64,000 nt of DNA from Candidatus Dormiibacterota bacterium (GCA_963709585.1 CAVPXI010000015.1:183122-247121), one strand, 5' to 3'. Counted from the stretch's first letter, positions 20,005-31,733 are shown. Program-made: numbers and translations. The notes: generated from the letters alone by a model not told the origin.

Positions 20005-22668
20005 CTAGAGTGCCGGAAGCAAGGGCGCAAGCGGCGTGCCACCCCCACCGATGCTGCTTGGACCGTTGTTGGTGACGATGTCGAGGTGGGCAAAGATCGT
20101 GGCGATGTCCTGCGACCACGGATCGGTGCCGTTGACCGAAGCGGTCTCGAACGGGAATCCCCAGACGGTCTGGAACTCGCCGGGGGCCACGGGAGCGCCG
20201 CTGCCGTCGACGATCGGGAGGATGCTCCCGCTGGGACTGAACTCAGTAACGATGTTGTTGACCGATCGAGTGCCGTTGGTATTGGCGATGTACGCCCCGT
20301 AGTCCTGGAAAGCCGTGGCCAGGATCAGGCCGGCCGGGCTCAGGTTGAGGGTGCTGAGGTCCAATGTCGAAGGCAGAGCCAGCAGCGCGCCCATCACCAG
20401 CTTTGGGTTGCTCCCCGTATAGGTCGTTGAAGCATTCGTATCGCACTTCGTTGTTGCGGGCCAGGTGTGGCAGGTCGTCGTGCTGCCGAAATAGAGGTTG
20501 GCCGCATCGACGTCGATCTGCAGCGCATGCGTGATTGCGCCACCCTTCACGAGCTCGCCGAGCCGGATCGCGCCACCGAGAGAGGACAGATCGCTGCCGC
20601 CATCGACGCCGACCCGCCCATCTCCGTAGAGATCGCCGGGCGTGGGCTCGTCGAACCAAACCGTTCCCGGGCCACCGGCGATGCAGCGCGCGAACGGCTC
20701 ACCCTCGATCAAGGTGTGTCCATCGGCTAGGACGGCGGCGATGGGGTTGTTGTGAAGCGACGAGTAAACGATGAAATCCGCCGCCATGGGAATGGGGGTC
20801 CACAGCTTAGGTGTAGCTTGGATGCATCGGTTTGAGACCTGGCCTCCGTTGGTCTCGATCTCGGTGAGGGGTGCCGTCGGCGTCATCACGATGATGTGCT
20901 GATCGCTCACGAGGGTCTTCGTCTGCGCCGGTATCAGGTTGGCCGGCTCGTACTGCGCGCCGGAACCAATCGGCATGTTCCATATCGATCCGCTCGTGAA
21001 CGGTTGAAGGAATGGATCGCGGATCACCAATGACGCCGACGCAAGGCTCCCCGAGGCGACCGTTACCGTCTGCGTGGACGGCGCGGTGTAGCCGTAGTCG
21101 CTCACGCTGAGCGTGTAAGTTCCCGGCGGCAGATTGCCAAAAGTGAAATCTCCGTTGTTGTTAGTAGTTGTCGATCCGCCACCGACGGTTCCAGCGTAGA
21201 CCACAGTGGCCCCGATGACTGGTTGCGCGGGAGTGCGGCTGTCCAGGACGGTGCCACTGATGCCGTATGTGAACTGGAACCAGCCCTCGATGTCGATGGC
21301 CACGTTGACCCTCCCGGCGGCGTTGAACACGTCCACGTCACCGTTGCCGGCGTCGCCGGCCGTGTCCACCTGTACCACCGCGAGGTTGGGCAGCACTTCG
21401 CCGGCCTTCAGGTTGATGTCCGACACCGAATGGCTGGTCTGGCTTGCCGGGTAGAGCGTCAGATAGGTTGCCTGCGTCGGCGCGATCGCGGTCAGGTTGG
21501 CGATCACTGCAACCGCCGGTGTGCTCGCAGTGGTAGCCGGGAGTCCGGCTTTCCCAGCCACCACGACCGTATCGACACCGAGGGCGTTCAACGTCTGGCC
21601 GGTGCAGGGCAGTCCCGATCCCGTCCTCGTGTCGCAGATCCGGGTGGGCGTGATGGCCTGGTATTGAGCACCCTGTGTCGCCGCAGCACTGCCGAACCAT
21701 CCGTTCGCGTCAAGGACGACGTTGATCGTGCCGGCTGCGTTGTACACGCACACCGACGTGTCCGCACTGCCCGTCACGGCAGGACCCAGTTTCACCATCA
21801 CTCTGTTCGCCTCGACCTCACCGGCGGTGAGGTTGAGCGTCGAAAAAGGCGGCGGATGGGTCGCGTTGTACAAACAGGTTCCGCTCGAGGTGGTCGGAAA
21901 CACGCTCAAGAAGGTCGGCTTGGTCCCTGCCACACCGGTCAGGTTCAGAACCGCCGCATCTGCAGGCCCGGAGATGACATCGCCTCCGGTCCCGGCCACA
22001 TCGACAATCAGCGGTGTCGCACCCACTGCGCCAGCCTTGCATCCAGGCGACGGCGGGTTGCTGCGCGTGTCGCAGACGCGGACTGGCGCGATCGCATGGA
22101 ACTCTCCGGTCATGTCCGTCGGAGCCTTGGGCTCGAAGTACCCCTCCACGTCCGCAACCACATTGACCGTTCCCAGCGCATTGTAGATGTTCACCGCACC
22201 ACCCGCACCCATGGTCGCAGTGACCAGGTTGGGGATGACAGTGCCTGGCCCGAAGTTCAGGTTCGAGACGTGCGGCATCGGGGCGCCATATGGAAAGACC
22301 GTCAGCAGGCTTGGCGCCGTCCCCGCCACCTCAGTCACGTTGAGCACCACGGCCGTTGCATCTGCGGGAATCGGGTCGCCGACCTTCAGCCCGGTCACGC
22401 CGGTGAGCTGTAGTTTCCGGACCACTCCTGGTCCGAGCGCTAGAGCGCCGCACTGGACGCAAGTTCCCGCCCTCGTGTCCAGGATCCGGAACGGGTCGAG
22501 CGGAACATAGTTGGCCAGATTCGGCGCGCTGGCAATGCGCGGCGTGACGGCGTGGGACGAGGCCACAGCCGAGGTTGGTGCGACGACCCACCCCACCGAA
22601 CCAACGGCAATGCCAATGAGTTCGATCCCCTTCCAGCCCCTCATCGGTCGAAGTGTACTGCCGGACAT
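20005..22668 (-). CDS. Large secreted protein: three ~140-aa beta-sandwich repeats, carboxypeptidase-regulatory-like domain, unknown C-terminal domain
   Basis: Signal peptide; three P.R..DTR...NLT...T.L..YP...S..N...N...D..G.F repeats; GDFTFGNLPPGTYTL. Confidence 0.8.
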   Translation of the reverse strand: MSGSTLRPMRGWKGIELIGIAVGSVGWVVAPTSAVASSHAVTPRIASAPNLANYVPLDPFRILDTRAGTCVQCGALALGPGVVRKLQLTGVTGLKVGDPIPADATAVVLNVTEVAGTAPSLLTVFPYGAPMPHVSNLNFGPGTVIPNLVTATMGAGGAVNIYNALGTVNVVADVEGYFEPKAPTDMTGEFHAIAPVRVCDTRSNPPSPGCKAGAVGATPLIVDVAGTGGDVISGPADAAVLNLTGVAGTKPTFLSVFPTTSSGTCLYNATHPPPFSTLNLTAGEVEANRVMVKLGPAVTGSADTSVCVYNAAGTINVVLDANGWFGSAAATQGAQYQAITPTRICDTRTGSGLPCTGQTLNALGVDTVVVAGKAGLPATTASTPAVAVIANLTAIAPTQATYLTLYPASQTSHSVSDINLKAGEVLPNLAVVQVDTAGDAGNGDVDVFNAAGRVNVAIDIEGWFQFTYGISGTVLDSRTPAQPVIGATVVYAGTVGGGSTTTNNNGDFTFGNLPPGTYTLSVSDYGYTAPSTQTVTVASGSLASASLVIRDPFLQPFTSGSIWNMPIGSGAQYEPANLIPAQTKTLVSDQHIIVMTPTAPLTEIETNGGQVSNRCIQATPKLWTPIPMAADFIVYSSLHNNPIAAVLADGHTLIEGEPFARCIAGGPGTVWFDEPTPGDLYGDGRVGVDGGSDLSSLGGAIRLGELVKGGAITHALQIDVDAANLYFGSTTTCHTWPATTKCDTNASTTYTGSNPKLVMGALLALPSTLDLSTLNLSPAGLILATAFQDYGAYIANTNGTRSVNNIVTEFSPSGSILPIVDGSGAPVAPGEFQTVWGFPFETASVNGTDPWSQDIATIFAHLDIVTNNGPSSIGGGGTPLAPLLPAL

Positions 22669-22876
22669 GCCGGGCCGTCGCGACGATCGCTGCTCGAGGC
22701 ATCGGCCCCGAAACCGCGGTGACCCCGGTCACCAGTCTGTGAGGATCCGCACCCTTCCTTTCAATTCCGTAACTCGACTCGCCGGATTGTCGGCGAGGTG
22801 ACCGATAGGCTGGATCCACGGCCATGCGGCGGCTTGTTGCTACCGCGAGGATCACATCAGGCAGTGCTCACCAGGG

Positions 22877-25274
22877 TTGCATGTGCTGCTGGAGGGCTCA
22901 GCCTTGCGCCGACTCGCCTCGCGCACTCGGATCGAGGGAACGGGCGTGCCCCGAAGCGTTCGCGTCCTTCAGGGCGTGACCGGCGCGATAGTGCTGGTGT
23001 ATCTGGCATCGACCATTCTCCGTTCGCCCGGGACTTACAGCACCTTTTATGACGTCTGGGTCGCCAACCTTGGATATGCCGGCTGCACGGCGCTGTGCAT
23101 ATGGCGCGCGATTGCCCGACGCTCAGCTCGCTGGGGATGGGGGGCACTCGCGGCTGGCCTCCTCCTCTTTACCGCGGGATCCGTGCTGTGGACCAGCTGG
23201 GTTCAATTCTTCAACCCTGTCCCGTACCCCTCGATAGCGGACGCCTGTTTCCTGGCCTTCTTTTTCTTGGCGTTCCTCGGGATCGGCCTGCTGGTGCGCG
23301 AGACGCTCCCCAAGACATCGAGAACCATCTGGGTGGACGCCCTGATCGCCGCACTCGGTGTCGCGGCCCTGGAGGCCATGCTCGTCATCGGCCCGATCTG
23401 GAAGGCCAGCTCAGGGGACTTCGGAACTGTCGCGACGAACATCGCATATCCGATCGGCGACCTCGTCCTGGTCACCATGATCGTCGCGGTCTTCGCGGTA
23501 CGAGGCTGGCGTCCCGGCCTCCTCTGGTGGACGTTGGGGATAGGCCTCGTGATCTTCGCCGCGGCCGACAGCGTCTACGTCCTGCGGGTGACCGAGGGTA
23601 CCTATGTGACGGGGACGCCGCTGGACAGCCTGTGGCTGATCGGCGCGTTTTTCATGGTGATTGCTGCGTGGCAGGGTCTGAGCTCCCAGATCAAACATTC
23701 CCCGAAGATTCAGGCGTCGAACATCGTTCCGGTGCTGTTCGTCTTGAGTTCGCTCGGCATCGTGGTGTATGCGACTGCATTTCCGGGGCAGTTCTTCCTG
23801 GGAGTCGCTCTCGCCACCACAACGCTCGTCATCGCCCTCGCTCGTTCCGCGTATGCGTTTCGACAGTTGCGGGCCCTCGCGGACAGCAAGCGCGAGGCGC
23901 GTACAGACGAGCTCACGGGTTTGCCAAACCGCAGGCTGTTTTTCGAGCGGCTTCTCGTGTGCTTCGAGCCAAGCCCGACGCCGCACCGCCTGGCCGTGCT
24001 CATGATCGACCTCGATCGCTTCAAGGAGATCAACGACAGCCTCGGACACCATGTCGGGGATGACGTGTTGCGCGAGCTCGGCCCCCGCCTCACCGCCGCA
24101 GCGGGGAGCACGGGAACGGTCGCGCGGCTCGGCGGAGACGAGTTCGGGTTGGTGCTGTCACCACTCGTCGATATGAACGAGGCAACCGAGATGGCGGAAC
24201 GTGTGCGCGAGGTTCTGCGCGCGCCGTTTGAGCTCGAGGGCATGAGTTTTCGAGTTCGACGCCAGCATCGGGATTGCGCTCGCGCCTGACCACGGCACGA
24301 CTCCCGAGACCGTGCTGCAGAAAGCCGATGTGGCGATGTTCGCCGCCAAACGCGCGCATGCCCCGTGGCAGATCTATTCGTCGGACCACGACCAGAACGC
24401 GCTGGATCGGCTCGAGCTGATGGAAGACCTGCGCGACGCCATCCATCACGGGGAGATCGTCCCGTTCTACCAGCCGATCCTCGACCTGCGCACGGGCAGT
24501 GTCATGGGTGCCGAGGCCCTGGCTCGCTGGCTACACCCGTCACGCGGAATCCTTGCGCCGGCGGCGTTCCTGAACCTGGTGTCGGACGCCGGCTTGATGG
24601 GCCCCTTCACAATGGCGATGTTGGATCAGGCGTTCGTCCAGCAGGCGAGATGGTCCAAACAGGGATACGACCTTGGCGTCTCGGTCAACATATCGGCCGC
24701 AAGTCTGCGCGACGAAGAGCTGCCCGAAAAAATTGCCACGCTCATGTCGACGCGCGGCGTCCATCCGGCGAGGGTCACGCTGGAGATCACCGAGGACTGC
24801 TTCATCGCCAACCCCGAGGAGGCCGTGCTCGTACTCGAGCGGCTGCGCGATCTGGGCGCGAAACTCTCGATCGACGATTTCGGCACCGGCTTCTCGTCAC
24901 TGACGTACATGCGCCGGCTTCCGGTCAGTGAACTGAAGCTCGATCGAACGTTTCTCAGCGGCGCGCCTCGGGACGAGCGCGCTGTGTCGGTCATCCGCTC
25001 CACGGTCGACCTGGCGCACTCGCTCGGCCTGCGCATCGTCGCCGAGGGGATAGAAAACCTCGATGCCCTGGCGCTGGTGGACGACCTGGGCTGCGACGCC
25101 GCGCAGGGGTACCTCATGGGCCGACCAGTGCCCGCCGAGGAATTCGACCTCGGACCCGTCGCCGTGCAGCAACCTCGAGTAGGGAAACATCTGAAACCGT
25201 TGGTCGGGACGCCGCGCCGTCGATCGACAGGTCAACCGAACTACCCGGCGAGGACCCTCACCCGAACAGGCTGA
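22877..25274 (+). CDS. Membrane-bound GGDEF-EAL diguanylate cyclase/phosphodiesterase; apparent 1-nt insertion at ~24255
   Basis: About 9 TM helices, TDELTGLPNR, RLGGDEF, EAL, DDFGTG. Removing one T gives FRVDASIG and joins the two ORFs. Start uncertain. Confidence 0.88.
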
Positions 25275-26298
25275 CGATGCCTGGCGCGGTCGAGGCGCCG
25301 CCGATCAGGCCGAGCCCGTAGGATTCCTCGATCGCGCGCAGGACCGCGTAGTGGTTGATCGACGTGGTCACTCCACCCTTGCCGCTGGCGGCGTTGGAGA
25401 TCACGACGGTGGGGACCTGGTTGCTGCCCCCGGAGTCGCCCTCGTCCATCGTGACGATCACGGTGCTCTTGAACTTCGTGAACCAAGGCGACGCCAGGAT
25501 GGGGGCGAGGTTGGCGCTGAGCCACGCATCGCCCTGCTGGACCGTGCCGTCGTGCATGTCGTCGTTTAGATTCGGCGTGATCCACGCGAAGTCGGGCGGG
25601 TTCGCGCCGTCGAGGGTTGACACCGCCGCCGACACGCCGGGATAGGGCTGAATATGGCACGTCCCGGTCACGTTGTCCTTGAAGATGACGAACGGGTTGT
25701 GCTTCAGTACGTATCCACCCGAACCGGTCCCGGTGTAGCAGGGACTTGGCATCGACTCCATCCACCCCACCCACGGCGTCGCGGAGGCCGTGAGCTGACC
25801 CCCGAGGTTGGTGTTGCCATATGCCCCCGCGCCGACGCAGTTGTCTGCGGTGCAACCAAGCGTCGAGCCAGCCGCGAATGCCGTGTAGTTCGGCTGGCTC
25901 GGATGCGACACGCCGTGGCTGTTCGTGAAGCTCGCGTATCTGGCAGCCAGCGAGCAGAAGTACGGGTCGGCGGAGCACGTTCCCAGGGTCGCCCCATAGC
26001 CCTTGTTCTCCAGCATGATGACCAGCACATGCGGGCGAGCCGAGGCTGGAGCCTTGTGGTGAGTTGGGGCAGTCGGCCGCGGGGTGCGTCGAGCCGCCAC
26101 AGGCGTGGGAGTGGGCGTTGCCGTCGGTGACGGTGTCGGGGCGACGGTGGACGTCGAGGTGGTCGTCGGCGCGGGCGTCGGAGTCGCTCTGGTGGTTCGG
26201 GCACTGGGTCCGCCGCAGGCAGCAAGCAACCACCCAATTACGAGCGGCGTCAGTAGCTTGCTCGTCTTGGCAGCCCGCCGCCTCCTCTCGCGGCGCAT
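25258..26298 (-). CDS. Phosphoesterase (acid phosphatase/PLC superfamily) lipoprotein
   Basis: Lipobox LAAC, PT linker, VIMLENK, HPSQPNY, KHNPF, ITPNL..DMHD, TMDE, NHY; start approximate. Confidence 0.85.
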   Translation of the reverse strand: MRRERRRRAAKTSKLLTPLVIGWLLAACGGPSARTTRATPTPAPTTTSTSTVAPTPSPTATPTPTPVAARRTPRPTAPTHHKAPASARPHVLVIMLENKGYGATLGTCSADPYFCSLAARYASFTNSHGVSHPSQPNYTAFAAGSTLGCTADNCVGAGAYGNTNLGGQLTASATPWVGWMESMPSPCYTGTGSGGYVLKHNPFVIFKDNVTGTCHIQPYPGVSAAVSTLDGANPPDFAWITPNLNDDMHDGTVQQGDAWLSANLAPILASPWFTKFKSTVIVTMDEGDSGGSNQVPTVVISNAASGKGGVTTSINHYAVLRAIEESYGLGLIGGASTAPGIVSLFG

Positions 26299-26556
26299 GG
26301 CCATCGGTGGCACTGGATTAGAGACCCTCCGCATGGCACCGAGTCCCGATGGGCGACCCGTGACATCGGACGCAGAGTAGCGGTTCAGCCTTGCGGAACG
26401 GTGAAGGTCGCGCTCCTGAAGAGTCACCGGCGTGGACCCCATAACAAGCATCGGGTGCTGGGCCGAGACGCCGCCACTCGGACCCGGCCTTCGGCGAGGC
26501 CACCCCAGCCGTCACCTTGGGACCGTTGCACAGTCTGACGCGTTTTGCTTACGATA

Positions 26557-26902
26557 GCTACCGAACAGCTGCACGACCCTGATCACGGCGTGCCTCACCC
26601 TCGCGGTGCTGGTTCCGGCGACTGGGACTGCCAAATACACGATCGTCGAAGTGGTGGAACCGGTCGGTTTCGTGAACTGCATCGAGAACTTCAACCACGA
26701 CAACCCTGTCAGCCAGTGCTCGAAGCAATGGGGGACGGTGACCGTCGATTCCAGCGGGGCGCTGAAGGTCACGTTCACGTCGGTGAGCCTCACCGGCCAA
26801 ACCCTGACCCTGCCCACCGACGACACCAATACCGGGAACGCGTTTTGGCTCGGAACCCAGGCTGATCCCGCGCTCTTCTACGACGACAGTCAGAGGGGCT
26901 AG
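26557..26902 (+). pseudogene. Probable C-terminal remnant of a secreted beta-rich protein
   Basis: Good coding-like codon bias, but the frame begins right after a TAG with no RBS or signal peptide. Confidence 0.35.
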
Positions 26903-26921
26903 CTCGCTGACGGAACTCTGA

Positions 26922-26952
26922 AGAGGCCGTGCCACCCGCGGCACCGGCCTCT
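26922..26952. terminator. Hairpin downstream of secA
   Basis: AGAGGCCGTGCC-acccgc-GGCACCGGCCTCT. Confidence 0.5.
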
Positions 26953-26976
26953 CCGTCTGCCCGCGCTTATGGCGCG

Positions 26977-29940
26977 TCAGCGCCCGTGGCAGTACTTGTA
27001 CTTCTTGCCGGACCCGCAGGGACACGCCTGGTTGCGCCCGACCTTGCCCTGCGGCGCCCCGTTCGCGCCGCCGCTTGCACCGGCGCCGTTGCCGTTGCCG
27101 TCCGCGCGGCGCGTGCCCGAGGCTGACGACTCGACGAGGTTGCGCACGATCGGTTTGGCGATGAGTGGCGCCGACACGCGTGGCCCGGTCGCCCGCGCCA
27201 GCGCACCGCTTGCGAGCGCGGCCGCGGGCCGCGCCGGCGGCACCTGCGCTCCATCGGTCGCGCCGCCAGGTCGGTCGGCGCGAGGCGACGGCGGCGCGGT
27301 CGCCCCGGCGGCGCCGGCAGTCGGGGCTGGGATCGCCGCCGCCGTCTCCGGGTCCGCCGCGTCCGCGCCAGGACTGGCTTCGTTGGGATCGACGCGACGG
27401 ATCTGCACGTTGAGCAGCGCGCGCACGATCTCGCGCTGGATGTCCTCGGTCAGATCCTGGAACGCCGTGAAGGCCGCCGCCTTGTACTCCACCAGCGGAT
27501 CCATCTGACCGTACGCCTGGAAGCCCATCCCCTCGCGGAGATGATCCATCTGGGTCAGGTACATGAGCCATCGAGAATCGATCACCTGGAGCATCACGCT
27601 CTGCTCGACCTCGCGGAGCAACTCAGTGCCGTATTCCTGCTCCTTCTCCTCGTACAGGCCGATCAGCTCGCCGCTGAGCGTCTCCGAAACCTCCTCGACG
27701 GAGTCACCCAGGCTGTCCGTGCTGACTTCCGACAACTGCGGCAGCCCCGCGGCGAACTGGCGCATCTGCGTCCAGAGCCCCTCGAAGTCCCAGGCCTCGC
27801 GGTGCCGTCCTTCGCAGTATGTCGGCACCTCGGTCGCGACCACGTGCTCCACCATCGAGATGAAGTTCGAACGCGTGTCGGTTCCCTCGAGGATCTTGCG
27901 GCGTTCGCCGTAGATGATCTCGCGCTGCTTGTTCATGACGTCGTCGTACTCGACGACGTGACGGCGGCTGTCGAAGTTCTGTCCCTCGACCCGCGCCTGC
28001 GCCCCTTCGATCTGCCGCGACACCATCTTCGACTCGAGCGGCGTGTCCTCGTCCACGCCGAGCTTGCCCATGACGCCCTGCATGCGCTCACCACCGAAGA
28101 CGCGCATCAGGTCGTCCTCGAAGGACAGGAAGAATCGTGACTTACCCGGGTCGCCCTGGCGGCCCGCACGACCGCGGAGCTGGTTGTCGATGCGCCGCGA
28201 TTCGTGACGCTCGGTGCCGATGATGTACAGGCCGCCGGCATCGGCGACACCATCACCGAGCACGATGTCGGTGCCACGCCCGGCCATGTTGGTCGCGATG
28301 GTGACGCTGCTGCGCTGACCCGCGTTGGCGATGACGTCGGCCTCTTTCTCGTGCAGCTTGGCGTTGAGGACGGAGTGCTGAACGCCGATCTTGTCGAGCA
28401 TGCGGCTCAATCGCTCGCTCTTCTCGATGCTCGTCGTGCCGACGAGGATGGGCTGTCCCTTCTTGTACCGGTCGGCGATCTCCTCGACCACCGCCCGGTA
28501 TTTGCCCTCCTCACCTTTGTAGATCAGGTCGGGCTCGTCCAGACGCACCATCGGCCGGTGCGTCGGGATAGGGACCACCTCGAGCTTGTAGATCTTGTGG
28601 AACTCCTCGGCCTCGGTGAGCGCGGTGCCGGTCATGCCCGCAAGCTTGTCGTAGAGGCGGAAGAAGTTCTGGAACGTGATCGTCGCGAGGGTGACCGTCT
28701 CCTGCTGGACGGTCACGCCCTCCTTGGCTTCGATCGCCTGGTGGAGGCCGTCCGACCAACGCCGTCCCGGCATGGTTCGCCCGGTGAACTCGTCGACGAT
28801 GATCACCTCGCCGTCGCGCACGATGTAGTCGCGATCGCGGAGCCACAACGCGTGTGCGCGGAGCGCCTGGTTGATCTGGTGCGCCTCCGCGGCGTGCTCC
28901 ATCTCGTAGACGTTGGAGATTCCCGTCCACTTCTCGATCTTGTCGACGCCCTCCTCGGTGAGCGTCGCCGACTTGGTCTTCTCGTCGATCGTGTAGTCGT
29001 CTTCGGCCACGAGCCGCGGGATCAAGCGTGCGTACGTGTAGAACTTGTCGGTTGCCTCGCTGGCCTGACCGCTGATGATCAGCGGCGTGCGCGCCTCGTC
29101 GATGAGGATCGAGTTGACCTCGTCGACGATCGCGTAGCGCAGTCGCCGCTGCACGCACCGATCGAGCTTCTGGGCCATGTTGTCGCGCAGGTAGTCGAAG
29201 CCGAGCTCATTGTTGGTCGAGTACGTGATGTCCGCGGCGTATGCCTCGCGCCGCGTGCACGGGCGCAGATGCTGCAGACGCGGATCCGGATGGGTGTCGT
29301 CGACGAACTCCGGGTCGTAGATGAAGGACAGGTCCTGTCCGGCGATGACCCCGACCGACATCCCGAGGAAGTGGTAGAGCGATGCGTTCCAGCCGGCGTC
29401 GCGTCGTGCCAGGTAGTCGTTGACGGTCACGAGGTGCGCCCCGCGTCCCTCGAGGGCATTCAGGTACAGCGCCAGGGTCGCGACCAGCGTCTTGCCTTCG
29501 CCGGTCTTCATCTCGGCGATGCGTCCCTGGTGGAGCACGATGCCGCCGATGAGTTGCACATCGAAGTGGCGCATGCCGAGGCTGCGCTTCGACGCCTCGC
29601 GGACCACCGCGAACGCCTCGGGCAGGAGGTCGTCGAGTGCCTGGCGACGTCCCGCCTCGCGCTCCTGCTCCTCGGCCCGCTCCATGGCCATGTCCTCGGT
29701 CTCCTCACCGAGGCCGGCCACGAACGACTGGCCGTGGGTCATGTCGACTCCCTCGACGCCGAGGCGCTCCCGGAACTCGCGGGTCTTGTCGCGAAGCTCC
29801 GCGTCGGTGAGCGCGGACATCTCCGCTTCGAGTTCGTTGATGAGGTCCACGACCCCCTGATAGCGCTTGATCTCGCGCTTGACGGGGTCACCCAGGACCT
29901 TGCTGATCGGCTTTCCAAAGAGAGGCATATTCTTCTTCAT
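26977..29940 (-). CDS. secA: Preprotein translocase SecA
   Basis: [11 protein letters not shown][N][39 protein letters not shown]-terminal [13 protein letters not shown]. Confidence 0.98.
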   Translation of the reverse strand: MKKNMPLFGKPISKVLGDPVKREIKRYQGVVDLINELEAEMSALTDAELRDKTREFRERLGVEGVDMTHGQSFVAGLGEETEDMAMERAEEQEREAGRRQALDDLLPEAFAVVREASKRSLGMRHFDVQLIGGIVLHQGRIAEMKTGEGKTLVATLALYLNALEGRGAHLVTVNDYLARRDAGWNASLYHFLGMSVGVIAGQDLSFIYDPEFVDDTHPDPRLQHLRPCTRREAYAADITYSTNNELGFDYLRDNMAQKLDRCVQRRLRYAIVDEVNSILIDEARTPLIISGQASEATDKFYTYARLIPRLVAEDDYTIDEKTKSATLTEEGVDKIEKWTGISNVYEMEHAAEAHQINQALRAHALWLRDRDYIVRDGEVIIVDEFTGRTMPGRRWSDGLHQAIEAKEGVTVQQETVTLATITFQNFFRLYDKLAGMTGTALTEAEEFHKIYKLEVVPIPTHRPMVRLDEPDLIYKGEEGKYRAVVEEIADRYKKGQPILVGTTSIEKSERLSRMLDKIGVQHSVLNAKLHEKEADVIANAGQRSSVTIATNMAGRGTDIVLGDGVADAGGLYIIGTERHESRRIDNQLRGRAGRQGDPGKSRFFLSFEDDLMRVFGGERMQGVMGKLGVDEDTPLESKMVSRQIEGAQARVEGQNFDSRRHVVEYDDVMNKQREIIYGERRKILEGTDTRSNFISMVEHVVATEVPTYCEGRHREAWDFEGLWTQMRQFAAGLPQLSEVSTDSLGDSVEEVSETLSGELIGLYEEKEQEYGTELLREVEQSVMLQVIDSRWLMYLTQMDHLREGMGFQAYGQMDPLVEYKAAAFTAFQDLTEDIQREIVRALLNVQIRRVDPNEASPGADAADPETAAAIPAPTAGAAGATAPPSPRADRPGGATDGAQVPPARPAAALASGALARATGPRVSAPLIAKPIVRNLVESSASGTRRADGNGNGAGASGGANGAPQGKVGRNQACPCGSGKKYKYCHGR

Positions 29941-29958
29941 TCTGGCAGCCCTCGCCGT

Positions 29959-30597
29959 TCACGGCACCGCGGCCACCACCACGACGTCGATGAGCGAAGC
30001 CCCCGCCTGGCTGAGCACCGATGCCGCGGCCTCCACGGTGGCGCCGGTGGTGAGCACGTCGTCGACAAGCCAGAGGTACTCTCCGTCCAGGGCGCTGCCG
30101 GTCCACCCGAAGGCACCCGCCACGTTTTTGCGGCGTGTCGCCTCATCGCGGGCGCTCTGCGGCGGGGTGTCGCGGATCCGCTCGAGGTCATCAAATACGA
30201 GGACATCCCGGGCGTCGGCGATGACCGCGGCGAGGATCTCGGATTGGTTGTAGCCGCGTTGTCTGCGCCGGCGAGGGCCGAGCGGAACCGCGACGACAGC
30301 GTCGGGCGTGAAGAGCCGGGGTCCCTGGAGGCGGCTCGAGGTCATGGCCGCAAGTTCGCGCAGCGCCCGACGATCGCCGGCGTACTTGCCCCGGTGAAGC
30401 GCGGCCCGGATCGGCTCGACGAATTCGAAGCCGGCGAACGCGCTGCCATGGCGCATCCGGCGTACCGCCGGGATCGGCATCGCGCGCATGCCCGCTGCGC
30501 AGTGTGGGCAGATCGGCGGCTCCGACACGGCCTCGCAACCCGCGCACCGTCGCGGGGCGACCGCGTCGAGGAGCAGCCTCGCGAGCGCTGCAAGCAT
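29959..30597 (-). CDS. comF: ComF family phosphoribosyltransferase-like protein
   Basis: CAGC..CPHC, RGYNQS, LVDDVLTTGAT. Confidence 0.9.
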   Translation of the reverse strand: MLAALARLLLDAVAPRRCAGCEAVSEPPICPHCAAGMRAMPIPAVRRMRHGSAFAGFEFVEPIRAALHRGKYAGDRRALRELAAMTSSRLQGPRLFTPDAVVAVPLGPRRRRQRGYNQSEILAAVIADARDVLVFDDLERIRDTPPQSARDEATRRKNVAGAFGWTGSALDGEYLWLVDDVLTTGATVEAAASVLSQAGASLIDVVVVAAVP

Positions 30598-30669
30598 GCA
30601 CGCAGGTATGCGCCCTTCCAGGAGACGCGGCCGGGACAACGCATGTGCAGGCGCTGCCGCGGCCTGGGT

Positions 30670-30927
30670 CTACACGCTCTCGCCGAATGCGTCCAGCGCC
30701 GCCTGCATGCAGGAGATCAGCTCGCGCGCAGAGGCGACGCTCAGCTCCAACGCGACGCGCTCGCTCACCGGGCGTCCCGCGTTGACGAAGTCGACGATCA
30801 GCGCGTGATCGAGGGGTGCGTGGGATGGATGGTCGACCGACACGACCGCAGTCGTGATCGGGGTCCAGCTGCCGGCCGCCTTGGCGCTCCCGGTCACCGC
30901 CGTCTTCTCAACGATGTACGAGCACAT
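30670..30927 (-). CDS. DUF6295-like small protein
   Basis: MCSY...GSAK...W...DHP.HAP..HAL..DF...RVALEL..SA; AGGAGG RBS. Confidence 0.7.
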   Translation of the reverse strand: MCSYIVEKTAVTGSAKAAGSWTPITTAVVSVDHPSHAPLDHALIVDFVNAGRPVSERVALELSVASARELISCMQAALDAFGESV

Positions 30928-30936
30928 GGGATCCTC

Positions 30937-31677
30937 CTAGCTCAGGTGGCGACCGTAAAAATCGAGGATCAGCCGCCAGCCCTCCACAGCGGCCTCCACC
31001 CGGTACATGGGTCGATCGACCGCGAAGAAGCCGTGTCCTGCGTTCTCGAACGTGTGGAACTCGTGCTCCTTGCCGAGCCGGGTGAGCTCGGCGTCGATCT
31101 GCGCGACCTCGGCGGGTGCCGGGTTCTTGTCCTCCGCCCCGAACAGCCCGAGGATCGGGCATGAGATCTTCGACGCGCGATCGATCACAGGCTCCATCCT
31201 GTACGGCAGCTCCGGCGGCGAACCGCTGACCACGAAGGCCCCGTAGCAGTCGACTGCGGCGTCGACAGGCAGCTCGCAGGCGGCGAGGAACGACTGCCGC
31301 CCCCCCGAGCAGTACCCGATGGAGCCGACCCTGGCGTTGCTCACCGGCAGGCCCCGGACGAAGCGAAGCGCGCCACCGGCGTCGCCGAGGAATTGCTCGG
31401 TGCTAATCCAGCCGGCGGCGCGCGCGGCAGCGGCGGCATCATCCGGCGCGAGGTCGGGTCCGTAACGGTGGTACAGGTTCGGACAGATCGCGAGGTACCC
31501 CTGGTACGCGAACCTCCGTGCGATCTCTTTTGTGGCCGTGTCCCAGCCAGGTGCGTGGTGGATCACCAGCACGCCCGGGAACGGGCCCGCGCCGAGCGGC
31601 CGGGCGAGGTAGGCGCCGATCTCTTCGTCGCCGTGACCGGTGATCGTCACCGTCTCGGCGAGCAGTCCTTGGTACAC
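30937..31677 (-). CDS. Dienelactone hydrolase family protein
   Basis: GYCSGG nucleophile, GAED, AGHGF. Confidence 0.92.
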   Translation of the reverse strand: MYQGLLAETVTITGHGDEEIGAYLARPLGAGPFPGVLVIHHAPGWDTATKEIARRFAYQGYLAICPNLYHRYGPDLAPDDAAAAARAAGWISTEQFLGDAGGALRFVRGLPVSNARVGSIGYCSGGRQSFLAACELPVDAAVDCYGAFVVSGSPPELPYRMEPVIDRASKISCPILGLFGAEDKNPAPAEVAQIDAELTRLGKEHEFHTFENAGHGFFAVDRPMYRVEAAVEGWRLILDFYGRHLS

Positions 31678-31733
31678 GTCGTTCCTCCAGTCACTGGCTG
31701 TGGCGACGGCGACCGTACCGAATCAGGACATCG

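Noticed and set aside
7433-31164. Long antisense ORFs (e.g. 7433-9130, 10092-12605, 28204-31164)
   Set aside because: Shadow frames of real high-GC genes with no recognisable motifs.
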